The notes beneath the pieces are model-generated. The model was not told where the DNA came from and did not search any database. It saw only the letters and a program-made list of their open reading frames with translations. A DNA stretch of 64,000 nucleotides from an uncultured Candidatus Saccharibacteria bacterium (lineage in GTDB: Bacteria > Patescibacteriota > Dojkabacteria > SC72 > WJKH01), in contig CAZRRH010000004.1 in assembly GCA_964602665.1 (NCBI GenBank), positions 16,169-80,168 on the forward strand, read 5' to 3'. Positions 50,479 to 58,846 of this stretch are shown piece by piece. Numbering within the stretch: the first letter of the stretch is position 1; the number at the start of each line of letters is the position of its first letter. A program made the translations under genes and the position numbers.

Positions 50479-51585
50479 CTACAAGAAAGCAACAAGAAGC
50501 CCAATAAGAGCAAAAAACACCGAGAGAAGCCAAAATCTCATGACAATCTTCTCCTCCTTCCAACCGATAGCTTCAAAATGATAATGCAAAGGAGCCATTT
50601 TAAAAAGTCTTCTGCCTGCAACTCTTCTGTAGAATCCTTGCAAAACAGACGAAAAAATTTCTGCAACAACAACTCCAAGCATAATGATAACAGCAAAAAC
50701 GCTATCCAAAAGAACAAAAGCTAAAAATACATATACTCCCAAAGCCAAAGAACCAACATCACCCATTTGTACCCTTGCAGGCTTAATATTAAAGTATAAA
50801 TAAGTTAACAAGCCACCTATTAAAACGCTACTCATAACAGCAACCTCGCTATTACCTTTTGCAATTGCCAATATAACAGACGCAAAAAGTGATGGCAAAA
50901 TAATTCCTGTAGATAATCCATCCATGCCATCAGTTATATTTACTCCGTTTGAAAATAAACCGAGTCCAAAAACGAACAAAGGAATTATAAACCAGCCAAG
51001 ATTTAGACTCCCAATAAATGGTATATTAACGCTATTAATTCCATAAACCGCGGACAGCCAATAAGAAACCACTCCAAACAGTCCCACTTGTAAAAAAATC
51101 TTCTCACCTGCATGTAAACCATTGCCCGGATACGAACCAAGTGCATACCAAAAGTTCTTATACAATCCTATAGGTAAAGTGATCCAATAATATACTCTTT
51201 TTAGAGCCGATTTGTGAATCTGAGCAAGCTTTACATGCTTTTGCAGTGGCAATATTTTACGTGGATGACCAAAAATTACAAGTATGTCATCAATTCCTCC
51301 CATAAGCGCCATAGCAACAAATGCTCCGCTAACAACAGATATCACTCTCCAATCAAGCTCTTTTTTAAAGAAATATAAGGCAAAGATAATTACAATATAT
51401 GATAAAATAAATATCAAACCACCCATTATTGGTGTACCAAGTTTTTTCTTAACCTCAGGAAGTATTGAAGCAAAATCATTTTTTATCTGCCTAACGACAT
51501 TTTTTTTATAAAGCAGTTTTATAATAAACGGCGCCAATAAAAAAGATACCAGACAAGATAATATAATTAATTTTAAGTATTCCAT
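50479..51585 (-). CDS. mraY: Phospho-N-acetylmuramoyl-pentapeptide transferase
   Basis: GTPIMGG, GIDD, NITDGMDGL, MGDVGSL, FKMAPLHYHFE. Confidence 0.93.
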   Translation of the reverse strand: MEYLKLIILSCLVSFLLAPFIIKLLYKKNVVRQIKNDFASILPEVKKKLGTPIMGGLIFILSYIVIIFALYFFKKELDWRVISVVSGAFVAMALMGGIDDILVIFGHPRKILPLQKHVKLAQIHKSALKRVYYWITLPIGLYKNFWYALGSYPGNGLHAGEKIFLQVGLFGVVSYWLSAVYGINSVNIPFIGSLNLGWFIIPLFVFGLGLFSNGVNITDGMDGLSTGIILPSLFASVILAIAKGNSEVAVMSSVLIGGLLTYLYFNIKPARVQMGDVGSLALGVYVFLAFVLLDSVFAVIIMLGVVVAEIFSSVLQGFYRRVAGRRLFKMAPLHYHFEAIGWKEEKIVMRFWLLSVFFALIGLLVAFL

Positions 51586-51596
51586 ATATTTATAAT

Positions 51597-52355
51597 TTAT
51601 TTTAATCGTCTAAGTCCACCATCATCACCTGCCACCTCGAGTTGTTTCTTAGTCCAGCAGACGCCATCTTTATCTTTCTCCAACCAATCTTGATCTAATA
51701 ACGATCCTCTTGAGTCTACAACAATTATCTCGCCAATTCTTACACCATCTTCAATTCCATAATGTTGTGTACTGTGAGCATATTTAATGCTGATCAAATT
51801 GTCGTCATCATCTTTTGTAACTGTAGTAATAATCGCAATATGATCCCCTCTTCTGACACCCTTAAGGCGCAATAAATCACCAGGCCTAACATCATTTAAC
51901 AAAACTTCAGTTGTATTTTGACCATTTGTCATAAGATCAGCTCCAATATGCTCAATAGGCCTAAGCCAATTAACAATTCTTTTATACAAAGACCTGTTCG
52001 CAGGGAATTTAATATTCGAATATAAATTTCCTTTACCGATCTCCTTTAAATAAGTATCAAGGACATGCGCCACAAAACCTGAGCAATCAACTCCTAGCCC
52101 AACCGAGCGCATAAACTCTCTAATCTCCACAACAGACTTCCCAGAAAGCTCAAAGCCTCTTAATTTAGCAAATATCATTACTTCTTGTGCAATTTCATCA
52201 GGCAACCCCTTCCCTACTTTTGATCTAAGTTCTGCACGAACCCTTTTGACATTGCGATAATATGGTGTTGGAACAATTTGTCCACCCAAATCCAGCTTGA
52301 AATAGTCTTTAATAAGCTGCTTTGTTTTTTCTGGTAAACTGCTAATCTGTGACAT
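51597..52355 (-). CDS. NlpC/P60-like cysteine hydrolase or transferase
   Basis: GVDCSGFV, VRPGDLL, DHIAI, YAHS; no signal peptide. Confidence 0.8.
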   Translation of the reverse strand: MSQISSLPEKTKQLIKDYFKLDLGGQIVPTPYYRNVKRVRAELRSKVGKGLPDEIAQEVMIFAKLRGFELSGKSVVEIREFMRSVGLGVDCSGFVAHVLDTYLKEIGKGNLYSNIKFPANRSLYKRIVNWLRPIEHIGADLMTNGQNTTEVLLNDVRPGDLLRLKGVRRGDHIAIITTVTKDDDDNLISIKYAHSTQHYGIEDGVRIGEIIVVDSRGSLLDQDWLEKDKDGVCWTKKQLEVAGDDGGLRRLK

Positions 52356-53667
52356 ATATTTTTTGATAAATTTTATCTACAAGTTTTCTGTATCTATCGG
52401 ATTCTACCATATTTGATAATGTTTGTATTCTAACAAGCTCGCCACCCGGCGAAACTATATGCCCATCATCAACAACGAGCATAAAGATCTCGTCATCAGG
52501 ATCCTTAATATCATCAATACTCCAGCCATCTCGAGCATACTCAAAAGAGCCATTCTGGTCGACCTTATATACCCCCGAGGGTATATGGGTATTTATCTCA
52601 ATAGCAATTTCTTTAATATTGCGCATAATTAACTGAGAAGCATTTAAGACAGAAAAATCTTGAATTAAAACTTCTTCTTTCTCAATCTGTTCTTCAAACT
52701 GCTCAAGGTGTATTCTTTTTAATGGCATAAGACCTTGCATTTGCATAAGTTTGGTATGCATAGATGTACTTGCAGGCTGTCTTGCATTAACCTCAATTAA
52801 AAAAACCTCACCTTGCTTATCTATAACAAAATCAAGACCAAAAAGACCTTTAAAACCATGCTCAGACATTTTATTGCCAACATTAATGATTATTTGTCTC
52901 ATAGAATCAAGTGATTTATCGGTAAGCCGGCTTCTCATACTCCAATCATTGCCAACTGTCCCACCTGCCATGGCAGTACATTTCTCCCATCCTGTTATCT
53001 GATATGATAATCCGCCAAAAGAGACCCCTTCTCTACCTATACATGCATTTATTGTCCAGCTATCCCCTTCTATATATTTGGCTATCCTTGCAATCCTTTT
53101 AGGAAATTTGGATTGCTCGTTTAAGAAATCGTGCTCATTCTTAATAAAAACAGTGCTACTTCCTGTATGCCCTCTGTCGTACTGTATAACAAACTTGTCA
53201 TATTTAAAATCTGAGTATCTTATATCGCCAAGTTTTGCAATTTTTGTCTCAGGGAAGTTCACATTAGAATCATTCAGAAGATCGTACTGTGATAATTTTA
53301 GCTCAAATTTGCGATTAAGCGCAGTCGTTGTATTGATAATTTTGTATCCGAGCTTTTTTGCTGTAACTTCTATATTGTTCGCTATTTTAAATACCCATAT
53401 GTGAGGTGGATTTGGGTTGTTAAGATTCGTCTTTTTTATATACTCTTGTACTAGTTTATTCTGCAAGAGTCTATTTGAGTTTCGAAATAGCTGATTATAC
53501 TTTCCTGTCTCTTGCTCAAGACAAAACACATTAACGCCTTCTTTTTGCATGTAATCAACTATCTTGTTGTAATCAATGCAAATTATGTGATAATTAGGAA
53601 TCTCCTTCTCAAGCCCAAGCGCCCGTTCTACATCATTGCATATGTAATATATATTGGGTTTTTGCAT
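52342..53667 (-). CDS. ATP-grasp ligase
   Basis: GHTGSST, KYIEG, GLFGLDF, LIEVNAR. Confidence 0.85.
   Translation of the reverse strand: MQKPNIYYICNDVERALGLEKEIPNYHIICIDYNKIVDYMQKEGVNVFCLEQETGKYNQLFRNSNRLLQNKLVQEYIKKTNLNNPNPPHIWVFKIANNIEVTAKKLGYKIINTTTALNRKFELKLSQYDLLNDSNVNFPETKIAKLGDIRYSDFKYDKFVIQYDRGHTGSSTVFIKNEHDFLNEQSKFPKRIARIAKYIEGDSWTINACIGREGVSFGGLSYQITGWEKCTAMAGGTVGNDWSMRSRLTDKSLDSMRQIIINVGNKMSEHGFKGLFGLDFVIDKQGEVFLIEVNARQPASTSMHTKLMQMQGLMPLKRIHLEQFEEQIEKEEVLIQDFSVLNASQLIMRNIKEIAIEINTHIPSGVYKVDQNGSFEYARDGWSIDDIKDPDDEIFMLVVDDGHIVSPGGELVRIQTLSNMVESDRYRKLVDKIYQKIYVTD
52566..52586. repeat. Intragenic palindrome TATATACCC-CCGA-GGGTATAT
   Basis: 8-bp perfect inverted repeat of the same motif family. 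Confidence 0.8.
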
Positions 53668-55653
53668 CTAAAGTCTCCTTAATCTTAGATACTCTAAAAC
53701 AAACGCTTGGTAATCAGCCATATCTATAACATTTGGCGTATTTTTAACGAAATCGGACCTCTCGTTAAATTCTCCTCTTCTACGGAAAGCTAGGTAATCA
53801 AGCACAAACGCTGAATAATCTCCCATTGATACCCCAGCAACTCCATCTATGTCTATATCTATTGTCGCCTGACTATCTACACACTGACCAACATCATTGC
53901 AGGTTTTGCCTCCTGTACATGTACCACAACTACCTGTACATCCATCACTTCCACATTGCCTTCCCGCACAATTTGGGGTACACCCTCCTGGAATAGGATT
54001 ACATGAAAATTGACCCGTTTTCCTTGTTTGAGCTCCTGAATATGGATAGACTTCTTCTGACTTTATACCCTGCACCGACCACCATACATAATTTTTGTTT
54101 GACTGCAATTCTACTTCATATCTATTTGTAGTTACATTATGATCTGCTATATCCCCTTCTAATACATTTGCCCAATCACTCTCTGGTTCCCGATTTATTC
54201 TGATCATATACTTACTTGCTCCCTGAACCACATCCCAGGTAAATACTCCTTTACCATTTACACACTCAAACTTTAAGTTCTGTGGAGCTGAAAGCGGAAG
54301 TTCAGCTGTATCAGAGAAATCAACTCTATACACATAAACTCCATAAGGTTGCCATGTTGTTGCAAGAAAATACATTGTTTTACCGTTGTCTTTTAGTAAA
54401 GAACTCGTTGTATAGGTGCCATAATAAGTCCATGTGCCACTTTTGGGAGATCTTGATTTATTGGGCATTAAAATCTTCTCTTCCCATGGCCCTTGTGGTT
54501 GATCTGCTAAGTACATATAGACACCAAGAGTTGAGTCTGGCCTTCCAGTCATGAGAAGATATTTTCCTAAGTATGGGTTATAAACGACACTAAACTCTGC
54601 AATTGTCATGTTTTGTATCGCTTCCTGACCATCTGCATAATTTTTAAAATAAGTATAGTTACTATCCTTAGGAGAAATCACCCATTTTGCACTATTTTTT
54701 ATAAAATTTAGGTCTTTTGATCTAACCCACTGATTATCGTTTGTAAAATACTCCCAACCATCTAAATCAGTGGTGTTCAAAAACTTACTTGTTTCTATAC
54801 GAGCTACCTTTAACCCACCAAATCTTCCTGCAGGACTTCCAAACATATAAATATAATCGCCTTTTTGTACAAAAGATGCCATAGTAAAGTCGTACCTTTC
54901 ATTCGGGGCACCTGCAATACTCCACTTATAATCATTTCCTTTATAATCCTTAAATAAGCCGCTGTCGTTCCAATCCATTTTCGCAATATAAGATGCATAG
55001 CTTTTATGATTGTGCCCCCCAACCGTATTTACATCCATATACTGAGAAAATAAGCCGACACATTGGCCGTTAGAATCTAAAACAGAAAACATTGAATTAG
55101 GAATTGTATAACATCCACCTGCGCCTCCACTGCCCACATTATGACAGCTAAAGAGAGCTCTGCTTGGTCTATCCCCACCAGCTATGTAACCATTAAATGT
55201 CAAATTCTCAACATTAGTACTGTTTGAAAAAGCTACAAAAAAATTATTTTCCGCTTGATTAGAAGGGAAATTGGGATTCGTTCCTGTGTAAGTTATGTTT
55301 TCTAATAATGTGTCGCCAAAATTAAGATAAAATTTATCTCCGCATTTAGTAATTGAGCCTAAATCTGTTCCTGCTACATTTTGATAGTTATTATTTTTCA
55401 CAGAAATCCCGTCCTCATTGTCCCATAAATATGATGTACCAGCAATTTTATTAATTCTATAAACCGAAAAAGATGGGTCATCAGCTTCGTCTGATGTATA
55501 CATTAATGTTCCTGTAGGCTCGCTAGCATCGCTATCAGTTGGCGCATAATCGTTCTTTTCATCGTTAAACTCGCTTAAAGAGTATAAAACCCAAATAATG
55601 ATTAATACAAAAGTTATTACTACGATAATTATGCTGAACTTTTTCTTGTTCAT
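53668..55653 (-). CDS. Membrane-anchored DUF4185 (GH183-like) protein with Fn3-like, Cys-rich and dockerin-like tail
   Basis: GTDLG...FGDT, EFSVVYNPYLGKY, PQGPW; CGSDGCTGSCG repeat; paired DxDG..DY motifs. Confidence 0.7.
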   Translation of the reverse strand: MNKKKFSIIIVVITFVLIIIWVLYSLSEFNDEKNDYAPTDSDASEPTGTLMYTSDEADDPSFSVYRINKIAGTSYLWDNEDGISVKNNNYQNVAGTDLGSITKCGDKFYLNFGDTLLENITYTGTNPNFPSNQAENNFFVAFSNSTNVENLTFNGYIAGGDRPSRALFSCHNVGSGGAGGCYTIPNSMFSVLDSNGQCVGLFSQYMDVNTVGGHNHKSYASYIAKMDWNDSGLFKDYKGNDYKWSIAGAPNERYDFTMASFVQKGDYIYMFGSPAGRFGGLKVARIETSKFLNTTDLDGWEYFTNDNQWVRSKDLNFIKNSAKWVISPKDSNYTYFKNYADGQEAIQNMTIAEFSVVYNPYLGKYLLMTGRPDSTLGVYMYLADQPQGPWEEKILMPNKSRSPKSGTWTYYGTYTTSSLLKDNGKTMYFLATTWQPYGVYVYRVDFSDTAELPLSAPQNLKFECVNGKGVFTWDVVQGASKYMIRINREPESDWANVLEGDIADHNVTTNRYEVELQSNKNYVWWSVQGIKSEEVYPYSGAQTRKTGQFSCNPIPGGCTPNCAGRQCGSDGCTGSCGTCTGGKTCNDVGQCVDSQATIDIDIDGVAGVSMGDYSAFVLDYLAFRRRGEFNERSDFVKNTPNVIDMADYQAFVLEYLRLRRL

Positions 55654-56498
55654 TACTTAACTCCTGACAAAATTATAACCGGAACATCAATTTTTATCCC
55701 CTTATCTAAGGCTGTTTTATACCCGCCCAACGCGAGCCCTCCCTCATATGAACAATTATAACCTAATTTCCACAATTCTTCACTATTTGCAATTATTTGA
55801 TCGTCAGGCACAATCCAGCCGTAACTCATAATCCCTCTCACTTGCTTAGCCCTATAACCAACATTATCAACAATCGCCTCAGCAATACTTCTACCCTCTT
55901 TTTTGTCGCCTCCTACGAGCTTATTTACATACTCAGTTTGCACAATATGTATTCTTGGACATTTAATCTGTTTATCTACATAACCGAGTGCAATTCCGCA
56001 AGCAGTAGTCCCACTAGAACTTGCAATAAAAATATCTGTACAATCGGGCAACTGCTCAATCAGCTCATAGGCGATATCTTTAAACCCTATTAATGCAATA
56101 TCATCTATTGAACCTCTTAATAAAACTGCGCCTGTATTATTTGCAAATTTTACACTCTCTTTGAGCGGATTTGCGCTATATACAATTTTTGTACTATTTC
56201 CTGCGAACTTAGCCATGCGATCTTTTTTACTCTGACTAATTTGAGGAGACAAAAAAAGTACAAGATTACAATTCAATTTCTGACACGCATAAGCCGCACT
56301 TATTCCTGCATTTCCAGATGAAGAAATAACAAAATCTCTCTTACCCTCTTTGTAATAAAACAGAATTTGTGTAAAAATACTCCTGTCCTTGGCAGATCCA
56401 GTTATATTCTCGTATTCTTTTTTCACCCAGTAATTTTGACCCGGTGCTTTCTCACAAGATATAAAATTCTTGTTTTTTAATAAAATGTTATTATCCAT
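55653..56498 (-). CDS. PLP-dependent fold-II enzyme (threonine/cysteine synthase-like)
   Basis: KKEYENITGSAKDR (PLP lysine), SSSGNAG, SSSGTT. Confidence 0.85.
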   Translation of the reverse strand: MDNNILLKNKNFISCEKAPGQNYWVKKEYENITGSAKDRSIFTQILFYYKEGKRDFVISSSGNAGISAAYACQKLNCNLVLFLSPQISQSKKDRMAKFAGNSTKIVYSANPLKESVKFANNTGAVLLRGSIDDIALIGFKDIAYELIEQLPDCTDIFIASSSGTTACGIALGYVDKQIKCPRIHIVQTEYVNKLVGGDKKEGRSIAEAIVDNVGYRAKQVRGIMSYGWIVPDDQIIANSEELWKLGYNCSYEGGLALGGYKTALDKGIKIDVPVIILSGVK

Positions 56499-57885
56499 TT
56501 AAAAGTCTTTCTCTTATTAAGTCTACACTACTTGAACTCATTATGACTATAATTGTGTTTTTATCACTTATTTTATCCAAATAATCAAGCATATTATCTT
56601 CTATTGGCATATATTGTACATTAGGTTGCGTCTCTTTTATGGCATCTGTGATATCTTTGCCGTAGATCCTGTCTTCTTTTGGAGTCTCTTTTTTAGCAAT
56701 AATTCTTGGGATTATAACCTCATCTGCATTATCAAAAGCACCGGCATACCATTTTAGAGTTTCGCGATTTTGATTAAGTGACAACCTTGGATAATAAACT
56801 GCAATAATCTTCTTGTCTGGATATTTATATCTTAAAGCATCAAGAGTTGCTTTAGCCTTAACAGGTGAATGAGCAAAATCGTCAATTATCGTTGCTCCCT
56901 TTATGTTTTGACCTACAGTCTCAAGTCTTCTCGCCGTGCCATTAAATGTGTTCACAGCGTTTTTAAGAGCATTTATATCGACACTATTTTCGCAAGCCGT
57001 AAAAATAATTGCTATTGCACCAACAAGGTCTTCAATATTGTGCTTGCCAATAAGCTTTGTCTTAAATTTACCTATTAAATTTTCTCCGTTATAAAGCTCA
57101 AATTCACCGTCAGGCTTTATGTTTCGCGCAAAAAAATCGGGATCTCCCTTTCCATCTATTCCATATTTGACACATCCATCTAAGTTTAGCCTAGAAATGT
57201 TTTCTCCATTAACATTTATCACGATTTTTTTGCGCGTTATATCAGCAAGCTTTTTAAAGGATTCAATATAATCTTCCTCCGTTCTGTAAATATCTGCATG
57301 ATCCCATTTAAGTGAAGTAATCAATGTATAATCGGGCTCGTAATAAAGGAATTTAGGCGTCATATCATAGTTAAAAGCGCTGATATACTCATCCCCTTCC
57401 ACGACAGAATATTCTGTATTGTTAGAAACTCTAACTCCGTCATCATAATCAATTGGCTTTCCTCCTATAAGGAAATTAGGGTTTTTGCCTAGTTTATCAA
57501 GAAAACATGCAACTGCAGTAGTTATTGTGCTTTTGCCATAACTACCTGCTATAACTATAGATTTTGAACTTGTTATGTATTTGCCGACCAAGTATGGGAA
57601 AGGTTTTATTTCTTTGCCAAGCTTTTTGGCATATATAAATTCAGGGTGATTTGGGTTTTGCAAAAGTGCCGAGTTGCCTATGATAACAAGATCTGCTTCT
57701 TTTACAAGCTTTAGGTCATACTCAAGTTCTGTGTATTTTATACCTTTTTTTGCAAGTACAGATTTAGCCGGTTCCCAAACTTTATTGTGCTCAGACCCTG
57801 TGACTTCCCATCCAAGATCTCGCATCATAACTGCCAAAGGAGCAATTGCAGACCCCGCAATTCCAATAAAATGTACTTTACTCAT
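56491..57885 (-). CDS. Mur ligase, MurC/Mpl type
   Basis: HFIGIAG, AGSYGKSTIT, VEGDEY, DHADIY, DDFAHSP. Confidence 0.9.
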   Translation of the reverse strand: MSKVHFIGIAGSAIAPLAVMMRDLGWEVTGSEHNKVWEPAKSVLAKKGIKYTELEYDLKLVKEADLVIIGNSALLQNPNHPEFIYAKKLGKEIKPFPYLVGKYITSSKSIVIAGSYGKSTITTAVACFLDKLGKNPNFLIGGKPIDYDDGVRVSNNTEYSVVEGDEYISAFNYDMTPKFLYYEPDYTLITSLKWDHADIYRTEEDYIESFKKLADITRKKIVINVNGENISRLNLDGCVKYGIDGKGDPDFFARNIKPDGEFELYNGENLIGKFKTKLIGKHNIEDLVGAIAIIFTACENSVDINALKNAVNTFNGTARRLETVGQNIKGATIIDDFAHSPVKAKATLDALRYKYPDKKIIAVYYPRLSLNQNRETLKWYAGAFDNADEVIIPRIIAKKETPKEDRIYGKDITDAIKETQPNVQYMPIEDNMLDYLDKISDKNTIIVIMSSSSVDLIRERLLNG

Positions 57886-58561
57886 TTATTTTTGACTTTA
57901 ATAGTTTTAAATCAGTACTCCATTTATTTCCATCGAAATACTCCAAGCCCTCAAATTGAAGTTTGTAAAGTGAAGCTTTTGTATATATTGTCCCAAGATA
58001 TACATATTTTAACCCAAGTTCTTTTGCTTCCATTATCGCACGAAGCATCATCCCCATACCTGCATTTCTCTCCCTGTATGATAGGTCATAAAAAGGGTAT
58101 GCATAATGCAACGATTTATCAGTCTGTAATGTCATACAATAGCCAAAAACATTTCCTGCTTCAGTATAAACAAAAAGTTTGTTAAAAAACTGCTCTTTAA
58201 AAAGTCTTTTGATCGTTTGCGGGCGAAAGATTTTTTTGGCATTATCTTCTTGATTATAGAAATCAACCGCTATTTTTCCGATTTTATAATTATAGTTTTT
58301 TATATCAATATCAAGCATGTCTAAACCCATGTACTCTGTTTTAGATAATATCCTGCGATTTTCGCTGTTTAAATTAAATTTCGATAAATCTATGCGCAAA
58401 CTTCTAGCAAGATAAAATCTACCAGGAGCTATCCTTGACGATAGGAATCCGCTAGCTAATATTTGGTCAATATTATCTCCTTGCTCCATTTGCCCATAAA
58501 CAGAGTATGGATAAACATATTTAGCAGGATTTGCTGATTTTTCAACAAAAATGATTTTCAA
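57878..58561 (-). CDS. ATE1/Bpt-like aminoacyl-tRNA:protein transferase (GNAT fold)
   Basis: LASGF..RIDLSKF..SENRRIL (ATE N-like); YPFYD...G..M..AKELGLKYVYLG...YKLQF (ATE C-like); TTG start. Confidence 0.75.
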   Translation of the reverse strand: MKIIFVEKSANPAKYVYPYSVYGQMEQGDNIDQILASGFLSSRIAPGRFYLARSLRIDLSKFNLNSENRRILSKTEYMGLDMLDIDIKNYNYKIGKIAVDFYNQEDNAKKIFRPQTIKRLFKEQFFNKLFVYTEAGNVFGYCMTLQTDKSLHYAYPFYDLSYRERNAGMGMMLRAIMEAKELGLKYVYLGTIYTKASLYKLQFEGLEYFDGNKWSTDLKLLKSKINE

Positions 58562-58595
58562 TTTATGATTTAAGTTCTAAAATTTAAGATTCAAG
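58561..58595. repeat. Heptamer tandem repeat (ATTTAAG-like x5)
   Basis: ATTTATG ATTTAAG TTCTAAA ATTTAAG ATTCAAG. Confidence 0.55.
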
Positions 58596-58596
58596 C

Positions 58597-58770
58597 TTAT
58601 TTCTCTTCCTCGATTACAAGCAATTCCAGTTCGCCATCTTCTTTTATCGAGGCTACTTCCAAATCAGACCCACAAATTGGACAACTTATGATATCTCCAA
58701 CTTCATAAGTTGGTTTCTCGAGCTCTATATCATTAGCACACTCCGGACAAACTACTTTTTTCTCTTCCAT
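58597..58770 (-). CDS. LysW/ArgW-like zinc-ribbon carrier protein, 57 aa (missed by the ORF track)
   Basis: MEEKKVVCPECANDIELEKPTYEVGDIISCPICGSDLEVASIKEDGELELLVIEEEK*; the CPEC...GDII.CP.CG.DLEV pattern is that of LysW. Confidence 0.85.
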   Translation of the reverse strand: MEEKKVVCPECANDIELEKPTYEVGDIISCPICGSDLEVASIKEDGELELLVIEEEK

Positions 58771-58846
58771 AATTAATTAATCTAAAATTTTAAATAAAAT
58801 CAATCCCCAATTCTTAATTAGTTATTAATAATTGTTAATAATCCTT

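Noticed and set aside
55653-58770. Ordinary lysine/arginine or threonine biosynthesis operon
   Set aside because: No kinase, reductase, aminotransferase or thrA/thrB genes are present, and the carrier lacks EDWGE.
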